From assembly GCA_964016885.1 (NCBI GenBank), contig OZ024742.1, positions 291,710,001 through 291,774,000 on the forward strand: a stretch of DNA of 64,000 bases, in the 5' to 3' direction. Below the pieces are notes generated by a model. The model saw only the letters and a list, made by a program, of their open reading frames with translations. It had not been told where the DNA came from and searched no databases. Every line of letters starts with the position of its first letter. The stretch's first letter is position 1. Source of the stretch: Eledone cirrhosa. Lineage: Eukaryota. Shown in pieces: positions 48,666 to 62,291 of this stretch. Both the position numbers and the translations under genes were made by a program.

Positions 48666-50960
48666 GTTTGGGAGATGTTCAAAGATAATTGGTAGTAAAA
48701 ACACCAACAAAATAAATTCTTTCCAATACAATGAAAGCTCCAGAGTAACTGAACATTTGATACCTAGGTGACCTAACTAGCAGTGGAAATGGGTGATTTA
48801 AAAGCATGGTATCTAGAATAAGAACAAGTGGAACAAATTAGGAAGCTACAACCTCTATGACAACAAAGGGATTTTCTCTCTGAGCAAAAGATAGATTGCA
48901 TGACACCTGTGTAAATAATGCAATGTTGTATAGCTGTTTAAATAGAAATGAAGTGAGCATGCTCCATTGGATGTGTAACATTAATGGACATGAACAACGA
49001 AGTATAGATGACTTGACAGAAAAACAGGAGGAAAGAATTGTAGTGTGCAAGAAAACATTGTACTGGTATGGACACATGATGAATATGGATGGTAATCATT
49101 GAGTGAAGTTGTACTAGGAGTTTTCAGTGGAAGGAAGATGTAGATATAGTAGGATGAAGACAACATAGGCAAAAGTGGTGAAAGCTGACCTCAGGAAACT
49201 GAACCTTACAAAGGAAAGGACAAATAAAGAAATAAGTGGCAGGATGCTGTGCTGGAAAGGACTCACTTAACCTATGGATGTCTAGAAAAACTGGCACAAA
49301 AATAATGATCTTGATAATGTGTGTGTGAGTGAGAATGTGTGTATGTGTCAGTATATGACAGATTATGACAGCCACTGAATGTATGTTTCTCAAGAAGAGT
49401 TAACTCTTTTGCAATTATATTTCTAAGCAAATTTATTATTTCTTTAAATTAATTTGGAAAATGTTCAAGAATTTGGTAGGATTTAGCAATATAACTTTCA
49501 CATTATTAAGCTGATGTTTGGATCATAACTTAAAGATTCTTACATAAAACTATAACACAAGGTTTGAATTTCGATATAAACATTTGAAAATATGTTTTGT
49601 AGGCAGTTTAAGGCAAATTGGTTTCAAAGGGGTAAAAAAAAGAAACAGAAAAAAAAAATGGGAACTGATTTGGAAGAATGTATGAAAATATATCTCAAAC
49701 TGATGTCATAAAAACTTTCTAACCATACTTCTGTCCTATCCATGCTAGCGTGGAAAATGGATGTTAAATGATGATCACTTGGAGGTCTTAATGTGTATTT
49801 AAAAAATAGTATACCAAACATTTACAGAAGTAATGATGAGAGCAGAATTGTAGAGAGCATTAGGTTGTAGGCATTTTATGATATTAATAGATTACACATA
49901 GGAACACAGAACCATCCAACTGATTAGTAGTAAACAACATTGAATTGAGGAAAATAACTTTAAAATAAAAAAAAAAAAAAAAAAAAAAAAAGCAATGACA
50001 GGTTAACAAATTATCCTCTATCTTCCTCTCTCTCAGCAATACTAGGCTCATCTACCAGACCACCATGTTCTTTCCAGCCTTCTCTCTGAAATTCCATTCA
50101 TTTACCCAGAAGGTAAAACAGAAATAGTTATGAGTACAACATCTTCCTTGAGTGAGGAATGGACCTTAGTGAATAGATTAGATGTTAATGATTTCTCAGA
50201 GACTTTTAAAGAAAAGAAATGAATAGTAATTATTGTGACAATATGGAAACAAAAGAAATGTCTATAAAGGCCTGCTTCCTTGAGGCTTGTGTGAGTGTTT
50301 ATGTGAACAGTGATAGAAACAAAAGCTTGAGAGGACTTTAATTATGACAAAGACATAACTTCACTCAAGCTGGTGCCACAATGGAATATACCCAGTTAAA
50401 TCTCTACAGTGGTTGATGTTAGGAAGGGCTGTAGAAACCAGGCCAAACATCAGATAGTGCTTCTTAAAAGACCTTTAAAGGCATAGAAAATGATACAGCC
50501 ACCTGTTTGTAAATCAGTTATATCGTTGCCCGATTCTCGATATATTTTTCTAGCAATGAAATTCGATCTTTTTGAATACATTGTAACCACTGGTCTGTTT
50601 CAGACTAGTTTTACCAGACTTTATGTAAACAAGAAATATTTGAATAAATGAGACTTCACATTACTATGATGGATGTCCTGATGTTATTAAGTTCATTATT
50701 TGCGAAACAATCCAAAAAGCAAAAAAGTTCATCCAGTAAAACAGTAAAAACTTAATTTCATCAGTACCACTAAGTAGCATCTGAATGTATTCAAACATAT
50801 ACACTTACTCATAGATTGTAAGCTGAAACTTCTAGATTATTTTACGAATCTTATAAATATATGGTATATAACCTCTTAACTCCAAAATGCTTGCTATCTA
50901 TTGAGGTTTCTGATTGAGATTTGGGAGCAGCTTGTACAAACAAAAGCAAAGACCAAATAC

Positions 50961-51070
50961 AATAATAATTGTTTCTACTTTTGGTACAAGGCCAGTAATT
51001 ACCCCAGTGCATTAGCTGTGCTTTATTTTATCGACCCCGTAAGGATGAACGGCAAATTAACCTCGGCAGA
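50961..51070 (-). mobile_element. SINE S1, truncated
   Basis: aataataattgtttctacttttggtacaaggcc..ttatcgaccccgtaaggatgaa. Confidence 0.85.
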
Positions 51071-51454
51071 ATAATAACAAACTTTATTTGATTATATTTC
51101 ATAATTATCTATATTGTAAATAACCGAGCACTCTTATATGATTTTCATTGTTGTAAATATGATTTTCAACATGACGTACACATGTATAAAGTTGTAACTG
51201 CGTAAAGTATGTGATGTGAACAATCTAGTGTGTAAATGTTTGTGTTTATCAATGTATGTAGTGAGTTTCTTTGCCCTGGGTGTCGGGAAGGCACTCAGTA
51301 AAAAATGGAAATAAAACTGAAGGAAAAGAGAAAAAAAAAATAATAATGGATTCTGATTTAGGCACACGACCATTTAGGCTGTAACTATCCTGCAAAGCAT
51401 GGTCTCCGACTCTCTACCGATACTGCCAATCCACCACCCTACAGATAATAATAA

Positions 51455-51815
51455 TCTATATATTAATACGCTAATACCTACGTACCGTACGTCCGACCAT
51501 GTGTGTCACACTTTCAGTAAAACAATGGAAGTGGGGTGGTAAACAATCTACGACAATCTATGGCCAAAGAAAATAAAAGAGCATTGCAACGTTTGGAAAG
51601 GAGAGAGAGGGGGGGGGGTATAATATAGAGAAAGGGATGGGTTATAATATATAGAGAGAAGGGGGTTATAATATAGAGAGTTGGGGTTATAATATAGAGA
51701 AAGGAGGGTTAAAATATATATATAGAGAGAGGGGTTTTATAATATATAGAGAGGGTGGTTTTAATATATTTAGTGAGAGGGGATTATCCGTGAATTTTTT
51801 CACGGGTCCAGCTAG
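51455..51815 (+). mobile_element. Non-autonomous Helitron
   Basis: The 5' end is A|TCtatatattaat. A 3' hairpin ccgtgaa-tttt-ttcacgg (51788-51805) is followed by gtccagCTAG|T. Internal ggggttataatatagaga subrepeats. Inserted at A|T within (AAT)n. Confidence 0.85.
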
Positions 51816-52355
51816 TAATAATAATAATAATAATAATAATTGTTTCTACTATTGGCACAAGGCCTGCAATTACCCAGTACATTACTGGTACTTTATTTTA
51901 TCGACCCCGTAAAGATGAAAGGCAAAGTTAACCTCGGCGGGATTTGAACTCAGAATGGCAAGGGCCGTAACTCTATGTGTCAAAGCATGACGTCCGACCC
52001 TCTACTGATACTGCCAATCCACCACCAGGCCTGCAATTACCCCAGTGTGTTACTGGTGCTTTATTTTATCGACCCTGTAAAGAATTTGACCCTGTAAAGG
52101 ATTTGAACTCAGTACGTAAAGGGCCATAACTATGCTACAAAGCATGGTGTCTGATGCTCTACCGATACTGCCAATCCAACGCTCTTAATAATAATAATAA
52201 TAATTGTTTCTACTTTTGGCACAAGGCCAGCAATTACCCAGTACATTACTGGTACCTTATTTTATCGACCACATAAGGATGAAAGGCAAAGTTAACCTCG
52301 ACGGGATTTGAACTCAGACCGTAAAGGGACGTAACTATGTTAGAAAGAATGGCGT
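51816..52355 (-). mobile_element. Three tandem SINE S1 copies
   Basis: Repeated (AAT)n-tgtttctact..ggcacaaggcc..ttatcgacccc..gggatttgaactcag..gatactgccaatcc. Confidence 0.9.
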
Positions 52356-52974
52356 AACTTTCGTTTTATCTGTCTGTCTTTCAACAAGATAAAAGAGTAG
52401 ATATATTAGAATATTTAACTTGACAGAAACAGCTTAAATGATTAGAGGGCAGTTGGGTAGCATGAGTGACACAGAATTATGGGTACTGTTACTGTCTACT
52501 TACTGTTAACAACACAAGCAGTTTAGTTGGCTTAATGAAAGTTATATAACAATATGGTACTACTGTGTATGGTATGTTAATAACATGAGCAGCTCAGATA
52601 ACTGAAACCCTTCCTTTACCATCTTTCTAATAAAAAAAAAACACTACGATTTCCAAATAATTTTGAGAATAAAGAAAAATTTGGAGGGATTAAGTAATAT
52701 AACTCTCATTATTAAGTTGGTGTTTAGAGCAAAAGTTGGTGTTTAGAGCAAAACTTAAAAAAGATTCTTTCCTCTAATTAAAATATGGAAGCTTTTTAGA
52801 AAAATATGAACACTTTACCCATTTTGTTATATTTTTAATTAAAAACTGTCTATTATTTTCAAATCATTTTTAAAATATTCAAGAATTTAAAAGGATTTAG
52901 TAATAAAACTAATTTTCTCATTATTAATCTGGTGTCTCGAACATAGCTTAAAGATTCTCACATAAAAGTGATAT

Positions 52975-53335
52975 ATATGTTGGTGGAATGATTGGGTAGA
53001 CAAAACTATAAAAGCAAAAACACAGACCTGGAAAAACTGGAAGAATGGAGGAGACAGAGAACAGTATCTAATAGCTAAAAGATAGGCTAGGTCAGCGGTT
53101 GACAACAGGTGGTCAGAGAGAAAATCTTGGTGGTCCACAGAAAAATTTTAATGTATTTTATCTTTTTAAAAAAATTATATTAGTGGTGTACGGGATTTAA
53201 AGTTATGAATTTAGTGGTCCCAGAGGCCCGAAAGGTTGGCAACTGCTGGGCTAGGTGACAGTTATACTTAGCAAAGGAAGAGGCAGAAAAGAAATTTACA
53301 CATTTCCTATAACATGAGGATCAGAGTATAAATGA
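52975..53335 (+). mobile_element. Degraded RTE fragment split by a hAT MITE
   Basis: WWNDWVDKTIKAKTQTWKNWKNGGDREQYLIAKR matches the RTE linker and resumes after 53256. Confidence 0.75.
53093..53248. mobile_element. hAT-superfamily MITE with 8-bp TSD
   Basis: TIRs are cagcggttgacaac and gttggcaactgctg. A perfect TSD ggctaggt lies at 53085-92 and 53249-56. Confidence 0.9.
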
Positions 53336-54169
53336 TAAGATGTTAGATAATAAAGGGCATGAATAGACCACTGTATGTATGTGTGAGTGTATGATCCTTG
53401 CCATGCCAAATCAAGAGGACACAGCATATGACATGGTTGACCCTTTTAATGGCTGTGGTAAAGACAATTGTCCAAGATTCAACAGAGATGGATCAAACCT
53501 GGGATCTCATGATTGTGAAGTGAATTTCTTCACCACTCAGCCATGCTTTCAACATCAGACAATATTGTCAAATCATGCTACAATTTTTGATGCAAATTTG
53601 GAGACTGATAAAAAGTTTAGATATAAAACTAATCAAATTTAATGAAAGTTATCCTATATATCAATGGAGTGTGGGGCAGAGAGAGAGAGTAGGGGGCGAT
53701 ATATTATATATATATATATACATACATATACACATATATACATACACACACACACACATACATACATATAGACACATACCACTTCCTAGATCAAAACTTG
53801 CATTTCATCTAGTTTAGTTGATAATATAAGATATTGTCTGGATAAATTCCTATTTAGCATATAAAATTAATATTGGTTATTGGAATGAAGTTAGGTTGAA
53901 AAGATAACATAGTAAACAGAAAAAATACTAACCATGAAAACAAAGACAAAAAACAAAAATCAATATTTTATGCTCAGAAAATTAAGAATTTAGACTATAA
54001 ATAAGAATTAGATTTAATAAAGTCAATCTATTGACTGATTTTATAGATTTGTAATGTATTTGTAAATATATAGCAGAGAAATTAGTAAAAAGGTTTTTCA
54101 GAAATTTATGATATTCTTAATCAACTCAGTTCTGTTGGGGTGGGGAGCTTGATAGTTGGCAAAATGTTG

Positions 54170-54350
54170 ACATACACAGAGTCACATCTCTATGTTCAGG
54201 TTCGAAACCAGCAATTGACATGGATTAGACATCAAATCGGGCATCCAATTAGTAACTTCCATGCTGAGTGTCTTCTGCTACATCAACTTCCAGGAGGTCA
54301 CCACAAGAGACAAAGACCGAAGACCACATTCCAAAGAATTGGCACAAAAA
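54170..54350 (+). mobile_element. Old RTE-like C-terminal remnant
   Basis: VRNQQLTWIRH..PGGHHKRQRPKTTFQR resembles the RQLRWxGH..GxRxRGRPK terminus. Confidence 0.45.
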
Positions 54351-54458
54351 AAACTGAATGCAACAACACTATTCAGCAAAAAGGCAATAATAGAAATGCT
54401 TGGGTAGCTTTTATTTTATGTCCCTCATGACATCATGACATTATTTTGGCAGTATAGG

Positions 54459-54838
54459 TAGAGGCGGTGGATTGACAGTATCGGTAGAGGGTCGGATGCG
54501 TGCTTTGAAGCATAGAGTTGCCTCCCTGTATGATCTGAGTTCAAATCCCGTCGAGGTTAACTTTGCCTTTCATCCTTCTGGGGTCGATAGAATAAAGTAC
54601 CAGTAATGCACTGGGTAATTGCTGGCCTTGTGCCAAAAGTAGAAACAATTATTTTGGCAGTATAGGAAGGTGGTCGGACACCATGCTTTTCAGCATAGAG
54701 TTACGCCCCTTTATGATCTGAGTTCAAATCCTGCTGAGGTTAACTTTGCCTTTCATCCTTACTGGGGTCGATAAAATAAAGTACCAGTAATACACTGCCG
54801 TAATTGCTGGCCTTGTGCCAAAAGTAGAAACAATTATT
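54459..54838 (+). mobile_element. Two tandem SINE S1 copies
   Basis: Full tRNA-like head with B-box gagttcaaatcc. The first copy is flanked by the 19-bp duplication attattttggcagtatagg (54440-58, 54648-66). Confidence 0.9.
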
Positions 54839-54914
54839 TCAATATAATTTCTGTATGTGCATATATTTCTCTGTGTTCTATTTCATTGGAAATAATAAAT
54901 ATTGATTGATAAAC

Positions 54915-55080
54915 AGAGTTGTTTACTGGTCTGTTGTGGTATGGTGTTATATGTAACAATAATTATTACTGTATAAATTGACTGTTTACTGGTCTGTTGT
55001 GGTATGGTGTTATATGTAACAATAATTATTACTGTATAAATTGACTGTTTACTGGTCTGTTGTGGGAATGATGTTATTAT
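54915..55080. repeat. 62/63-bp satellite, ~2.5 units
   Basis: tgtttactggtctgttgtggtatggtgttatatgtaacaataattattactgtataaa. Same unit as 62292-63432. Confidence 0.9.
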
Positions 55081-55329
55081 AATAATAATAATAATGATTT
55101 CATTTATTGGCCACAAGGGCCGACATATAGGGGACAATACAAAAGACTGGGACAGTGGGGGTTTACAGAAAAATCGAGTAAACAATATGAATAACAATAA
55201 CAAAGTAACAATAAAGTAACAAGAAAATTACAAGAAAAAATTCCCCAATAGGGGAGATGACCACCTAGGGTTCGCTCAGGTACCCCACCAATCCTGAACA
55301 ACCCGACGCTTCGAGAGCACCCTGGAAAG

Positions 55330-58300
55330 GCACCCCTCTCCTCTTCAAATTTACCTACCTACAGCCGCATGACCAGAGTAGGCCCACTCACACAGGCCAT
55401 TCTCGCCACATTCACCCACCTTTCAGCAAATGTACTGGGGGGGGGGGGGGGGGGGCAGCACTTCTCTCTCCACCCTCACCTTCCTTTCCGAGTGAAACTT
55501 GAAAAAGTTGAGGGATTGGCTGAAGGGAAAAGTGTCTGTCTTCAGTCCTTTCAACCTCGTCCACCATACAACCTCTTTCACTACTGCCACCAGACAGAGG
55601 AAAATTGCCTGCCCTTCCTGGCCAAAAGAAGGCGGCGGGTCGATTCACTATGGACCCGGCCGATAGCCGGATCCGTTCTACACGCGACAACAGCTGTTCA
55701 ACATAACTCCACAAATCAGCAATGCACGGACACTGGACGAGTGCGTGCAGAACGGTTTCGTCGCTCTGCGCGCATCTTGGGCAGGTCCGTCTGACAGCAC
55801 TTCCGTGCCTGTAGAGTTTATCTCGAACCAGCAGTGCCCCCCGGTAGCACTGCCAAGCGAGGGATTTTTGGAAATTATCCATCATCCCGGGCTCGAAAGT
55901 CCTCCAGTACAGACTGGTTAGTTCGACTTCGTTGACTCCTAGAGCCTCTCCGAGTGCGTCGTCGCACTTGCCCACCACTAATCCTCTATAGAACTCGAGA
56001 GTGGAAGTTCCACTGACTGCATTGCCCGCCTGGTAGAGGGCAGTGAGTGCCTGGCAACATTCCAGATGCCAGTCACCCAGTCTCGGTTTCTTCTTGACCC
56101 AGGACTGCAGCTCAGTCAAAGAAACGAGCTGCGTAAAGGCCCGTCTGACAAACGGCGACGACACCTGTTCACCGTTTAGGCAGAATATCTGGAGATGCCG
56201 CAGCCTCGGCACGTGCCTGTGCATCATTAGCCACGGCATGCCCAGCCCTCCACATAGAGGGTGCTGGCAGCAGATGGACCGCCTCACCAGTGGAACCCGA
56301 CTGCTCCACAAGAATTTGAAGAGGAGCCGCTCCAAGATGGCGAGGCGCAAATGAGGCAAGGGACGACGGTCAGATGCGATGTACGCATTTGCCACCTCCG
56401 CCCGACCTTTCAGTGATAGCTTCATCCCAGCCCATTTCTGGGTGAGACTGACTGCCCTGCCCGCCACCTCGTCCCAATTCTTATCCACCTGGAGGTCTGG
56501 CCCGAACCAAACCCCGAGCAACTTTACCAGTCCGTCCATCCAGCGCCTAACGACGCTGTTGGACGGCATGGACTTGCCTCTCCAGGTGCCGAGTTGCAAG
56601 CCCGACTTTTCCGGGTTAAGTTTTGCTCCCGTCAACCTTTCATATTCCTCCAATAAGTTGCCGACCACCTCGATTTCTGAGGTGTCTGACACCATCACGG
56701 TGATGTCGTCCGCATAAGCCGACACAGCCTTTCCGCATCCTGGTTCTAGCGAGATGCCCTGCAACAGCTCCAACTTCCGCAGTAAAGGCTCGAGAGTCAA
56801 TACGTAGAGAAGGGAGGAGAGAGGGCACCCCGACGGACCGATCGGGAGACCTGAAACGGTTCCGAGAGATGGCCATTAATTTTGACCATCGAGCAGGTGC
56901 CGCTGTGCATTGCAGCGATCCAGCTTCTGAAGATGGGGCCGAAGCCAGCCGCCTTGAGGACAGCCTCCAGGTACCGATGGTCGACCCTATCGAATGCTTT
57001 CGATTGATCTAAATTGATCAGAGTCACACCGAAGCCAGGTTTACACCCACACTCTCTCTATGATGTATCGCATTAGGTGGAGGTTGTCGTGTATGGACCT
57101 GGTTGGGATTGCGCCTCCCCAACCAAATCCCCGACGACAAGCGCCAACCTCTTCGCTAACACCCTGGCCAAAATCTTAAACTCTGTGTTGAGCAGTGTTA
57201 TGGGCCTGAAATTGTCTAATGTGTCCCTCTTGTTCTTGTCTTTCCTTATCAGCGTCACTACGCCCCGGCTCACAGAACTTAGAATACTCCCGTTTTGCTG
57301 CCAGTTGCAGTAGAGGGCTTCGTCTGGCATATTTACATAAAGCTCGTAGGGCAGACCATCCAAACCGGGTGACTTGCACCTCATACAACCGACAAGGGCA
57401 TCCTGAATCTCGGCTGAAGTAATTGACCTTTTGCAACGCCAAGCGTCAGCCGCCGAGAGTTGCGGCAAGCCATCGAGGTAGGGACTGAAGTCCGCCACCA
57501 TCTCTGACCCGCCACTTCCCCCCGAACAACCGAGCAAAATGTTGGCGAAAGGCCTCACGCATCCTCTTGGAATCGCTCAGCTCATGCCCGTCTCAGTCCG
57601 TCAAAGACCGAATCGTGGTTTTATTACCACGCTGCACCTCTGCCACGCAGGCCCATAGAACAGCTTTGGTTCCCTCGTTTCTCAGAGCACGTGCCTTAGC
57701 TCTGACAATGCAACCTTCGTGTTTCGCATTGAAGAAATGGTCTAATGCCATTCTCTAACGCTACTTCTTTGCTAAACTCTATCGACATTACTCTAATCTC
57801 TCTTTTGAGAGCCCCCACCACCATCTATTGTTGACGACTCCCCCTGTCAACTTTTTCTTAACTAAATTGTTGACCTGGTCCCTGTAAGCCTTACGTGCTG
57901 GAAATGACATGTTTAGCTTCCAGTAACCAGGTCCTAACCTACACGTCTTATCTAGGTTGACCATACAGATCACAAACTTGTGATCTGAATAGGCGACCGT
58001 TTCAAAACATGGACAGCTTACACTATTTCTGTCTATTTTCCTAATGAATATCCTGTCTATATACGATCTAGATGACCCTATGCGGTTAGCTCAGGTCCAC
58101 ACTGGCGCATTAGGGAAATCTCGTCGGTACCTCTCAGACAGTTGGAACTGGCTGATCAGGTTCTTGAGGCTTTTGCACCCCCAGCTCCTATCGGATACGC
58201 CCACACAGTCCCAGCGTGCGTCTAAGATATCATTCCAGTCCCCCGCTAGCAGTAAAGGGCGAGACGTACCCAGAAAGGCTTCCAGGTGTCTAAAGAAGTT

Positions 58301-58654
58301 CGGCCGTCCTGCCCCAGTAGGAGCATAGACGGCCACCAGTCTAAAGGCACCACCTTCATTATTGTTCACGTCCAGGACCACCAACTTCCCGTCCGGGTCC
58401 CGGAAGATTGACCTTACCTCGAGATCCAGGCCTTTCCTAAACAGCACTGCCACCCCGCTTCCCAGTCGGCTAAGAGATGCAAAGATCTAATAGTCGTCGA
58501 AAATGGGGGCTAGTGCACGCGTGTCGGAAATCCTGGTCTCGCTGACAGCAATTACATCCATTTCTATAGACCTGAGGTTGTTGAGCAGGTGACCCTGCTT
58601 GCAGGACGATCCCAGGCCTCGAACATTTAAACATCCTACTCTTAATATGGCCAT
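55330..58654 (-). pseudogene. Tx1-type ORF2 (APE endonuclease, RT, C-terminal zinc finger), frameshifted
   Basis: Contains MAILRVGCLNVRGLG, VAVYAP, AGDWNDIL, GPGYWKLN, KSPGLDGLPYE, NFRPITLLNTEFKILA, LDQSKAFDRVDH, AYADDITV and CPRCAQSDETVLHALVQC. The 3' limit is approximate. Confidence 0.9.
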
Positions 58655-58772
58655 GTTGGCAGGTTAAAAAGAGAGAGAGGAAGGTTTACTTACCTTCCGG
58701 GCTCTTGTGAAGGTCGGGTTGTTCGACGTCCATAGTTGGTGGGGTTTCTTTTGGGAACCCCTTTAAAAGTCT

Positions 58773-60401
58773 TTAAGTGGGTTTTACGTTCGGGGTTCCC
58801 ACGTCCCGAGGAAAGCTGTCTCGTATGTCTTTGAATATATCGAGCGACATTTGCACCAGAACAAAATCTTCCGGCATGCGAAATGTGCTCGATTTAAAAA
58901 TTTCTCCCTCTTTTTGTATATTTTCACTTCGTGCTACGAGGGCCATCAGTTCCTTGTTGGCCCTCCTGACGAGCACAAAGTTTTGTATGTTTTGTTGGTG
59001 TGATTTTATTTGTTTGCGTGGCTGTGGTGGTGATGGTTTTGGTGTTGTTGTTTTGGTTGTATCTGTGTTTGTTGTGAGTGCGGTGTCTGTGGTTTCAGAT
59101 GTTTGTGTGTGTATTTGTTCTTGCGTCTGTTTAGGTTGTTTGCGTTTGGGGGATTCTGGTGATGGTGATGATGGTGTTGATGTTGGTGTTATTGAGAGAT
59201 GTTTGCGTGGGTGGTGTCTGCGTTTTTTATTATGGGTGATTTTGTGCTTTGTTGAGTTTTTTCTTTTCTTTTAGTGTTTCCTTTTTTGTATTTTGGGGGA
59301 TTTGGGTTTTCCCTCATCTTCACTACTGGTAGATGAGGGGTCTGTGTCTGTAAGTGTGTCTGTATGTATGTTTATGGTTTTATTGGTGTGTGTATTTTTG
59401 GGGGGAGGGGGAATTTGACAGCTTTCCTCGTTTCCCCCCTGGGTGGTCAATGTTGGTGGTGGTCTTTCTATTGGTGTTGTTGTTGGTGCTGGTGTTGGTT
59501 GTGGTCCTCGCCCTGGCGTCGGCAGCAGTGGAGCCTTTCGACCCCTTGCCTCTTTCAGCAGTTGAGGGCAGAAGGCTCGCAAATGGGTTTTTTCCCCACA
59601 AACAAAACACTGCAGCATTTTGCCTTCGGTCATAATGTGAATGACCGTCCCATTCTAAAGGCGGATGTGGTCCGGGATTGTCTTCACATTCTCGGGCCTC
59701 ATCTGGAGAAGGATCTCCAGGTCAACCCCGGATCAGTCCTCTCTGGCCACTCTGGTCACTTCTATAGGGGCTGTATCCGTCCCCTCCACAATCACACATC
59801 CCAGAAGCCACCACATGTCAAGTCTTGGTGGGATTCTGGGAATGCGGAGACGGGCCGTTCTTTTTCCCATGTGGGAGGGGTACATTATGACCTTGCTGGT
59901 TTTGCAAGGAGTCATAGCGTGTTTCATAGCGAGGGCTTCTGACTTGAACAACACCAAAATGGTGCCGTACTGTCTGCCCCTCTCTATGTATTCGGTGTCT
60001 TCTCTGATGCACCTCAGCGCGACTTTGACATCTTCTTGTGGGATTAAAGCTGCCCTTTTGGTTTGTGCTGAGATGCATCTATAATGCACCATTCTGCGCT
60101 CCACTGCCTCAATAGCTTCTACCGGGACAGTTAAGGTGGCCCAAGTTTGCTCTTGCTTGATGAGCTTCCATGCCTGGGCCAACTTTTCATCTTTGTTTGA
60201 GAGGTCCATGTTGAAGCATGGCCTCTTTTTTGCTGCTGCCGCAGTGAAAGTGTTCTTGTTTTCGTTGGGGGTTTTGTTGTCGTTGTTCTTGTTGGTGTTG
60301 TTGTTAGCACTGTCGCTGTTATCATTGTTGTCTTTGTTGCCACCGTTGTTCTCGGTGCAGTTGGTATTGTTGCTGTTGGTGTTGTCACTATTTGTTTTCA
60401 T
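58773..60401 (-). pseudogene. Tx1-type ORF1 (Asn-rich N-terminus, RRM-like region, CCHC zinc knuckle), disrupted
   Basis: ORFs 59733-60401, 59271-59633 (CFVCGEKTHLRAFC) and 58773-58976 lie directly upstream of ORF2. Confidence 0.8.
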
Positions 60402-60867
60402 GTTAGTGGTGTTGATATTTTTGTTGATTTGTTATTTTTTTTTTGTTATCTGTATTTTAGTTGTCGCTGTTACTGTCATTTTTTTCAAAATTAGAGTTCT
60501 TATTGGTATCATTGGTGTCATTGTTTACATTGTTTGTGGTTGTGTTTGTGTTATCAATGTGTGTTAATTTCGCTGTAGCGCTCCTCTCAACTTCTACGTC
60601 GTTGTCGCACAACAGCAGACATATCGCTGGGGGGGGGGGGGGGGGCGTTGTTCAGCCACGTTTTTTTTTTTCTTCGGAAATTTTTTAACATGTAAAAAAA
60701 AGTTTAAATATTTGGGCCAAAAGGCCCAAATATTATACTTTCCCATTCACGGGGCAAAGTCTAAGGGCTTATATCCCTTACACAACACAAAATATTTAAC
60801 AACAAATAATTTTAACAGGCAAATAAAGCGACTTACTGTGAGCGAGCAAAATACATCCGCTTAGACC

Positions 60868-61026
60868 AATAATAATAATAATGATTTCATTTATTGGCCA
60901 CAAGGGCTGACATCAAGAAAAACATTTCAGACGGCACAGGACGGTACGATGTGAGTTTTGTGCATGTAAAGATTTTTTTATTTATATAAGAAAAGAAAGA
61001 AGACATAGAAATGTATATATATATAT
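60868..61026 (-). mobile_element. 3' end of a related Tx1 element (element B, copy 1)
   Basis: Nearly identical to 63433-63590. It resumes at 62022-62042 after the RTE insertion. Confidence 0.85.
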
Positions 61027-62022
61027 AGAGGGTTCTATAGAAATAGTGGACAGCTTCCGTTACCTGGGCGATAAAATCAGCAGTGGGGGAGGGTGCTCTG
61101 AAAGTACTGTAGCTAGAGTCAGAACTGGTTGGAAAAAGTTCAGAGAGCTTATACCACTATTAGCTGCTAAAGGGTTCTCACTAAAAATGAAAGGCAGGTT
61201 GTACGATGCCTGCATACGAACAGCAATGCTGCATGGCAGTGAGACCTGGGCATTGTGTGCAGAGGATATACGCAGACTAGAGAGGAACGAAGCTTGCATG
61301 CTCCGCTGGATGTGTAACAGTAATATACGTGAACGGCAAAGCATAAACGAACTAAGGAAAAAATTAGAGATAAGAGGGATCAGATGTTGTTTACTCGAGA
61401 GAAGGCTACGTTGGTATGGACACGTGATGCGCATGAAAGTCGATAACTGTATAACAAAGTGCAGGGCAATAAAGATAGACGGTAGTCACGGAATAGGCAG
61501 ACCTAGAAAAACCTGGGACGAGCTGATAAACTCCGACATCACACACTTACACCTCTCCAAGACAATGTCACTGGACCGAGACCTTTGGCGGTACTCAGTA
61601 ACAGAGAAGACCCGCCTTACCTAAATATATAGTAAAACCTACTCCAGCCAGTAGGCATCCCTAACAAAATACACCCCGTCCCACCACCCCCACCCCTACC
61701 CCATCCACACCACCCCGTTCTATGTAAAGTTATGTTGGTGCCGCGCCATCGAGGCCGAAACAAATGAGATCGTGTAGGTGTCACGACAAAAAAACACACA
61801 GTCCACGCTGTAATGTGGCCGTGTAGGCAACACGGTAAAAACCTCCCAGACCCACACTGTAAATGTGGTTGGTGTTAGGAAGGGCATCCAACTGTAGAAA
61901 ACCTGCCAGACAGTCCTATGCGAGCAAGACAATCACTCTTGCCTCAAGTGGGACTACCCCCGTCCAAACCCATGCAAGCGTGGAACACGGACGTTAAACG
62001 TTGATGATGATGATGATGATGA
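61027..62022 (+). mobile_element. RTE family A, 5'-truncated copy inserted in (TA)n
   Basis: ORF 61046-61624 is almost identical to the C-terminus of 14711-15715. Same 3' UTR and (GAT)n tail. Confidence 0.95.
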
Positions 62023-62052
62023 TATATAAACAATAAAAATGATAATAATAAT

Positions 62053-62156
62053 TGTTTCTACGTTAGGCACAAGGCCAGCAATTACCCAATGCATTACTGG
62101 TACTTTATTTTATCGACCCCGTAAGGATGAAAGGCAAAGTTAAGCTCGGCGGGATT
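62053..62156 (-). mobile_element. SINE S1, truncated, TSD aaatgataataataat
   Basis: Duplication at 62037-52 and 62157-72. Confidence 0.85.
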
Positions 62157-62291
62157 AAATGATAATAATAATAATAATGAAATTATTTTGTACAGTGCTC
62201 AGGTGCATAACAGCTCATCAAAGGTGCATGTATAAACATGCATATATTATAAATCACTATAATTATAACAAAACATCTCATTAACTTCTTA

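Larger units (their letters stand above)
47700..49310 (+). mobile_element. Old degraded RTE copy interrupted by an S1 SINE and another RTE fragment
   Basis: ORF 47918-48154 (FSLQVGVHSS..LLFIMILQATTDEFKTSCPWEL) and ORF 48896-49102 (RNEVSMLHWMCN..YWYGHMM) are homologous to families A/B. Confidence 0.85.
55081..60867 (-). mobile_element. Full-length decayed Tx1/L1-clade LINE (element A)
   Basis: 5' UTR, gag-like ORF1 with a CCHC knuckle, and ORF2 with APE-RT-zf. The 3' end is gcccttgtggccAATAAAtgaaatc(ATT)n. (AAT)n lies on both flanks. Confidence 0.93.

Noticed and set aside
50037-50112. Possible plus-strand exon (ctctctcag|...aag|gtaaaa)
   Set aside because: The donor is weak, the peptide is unrecognised and there are no supporting neighbouring exons.
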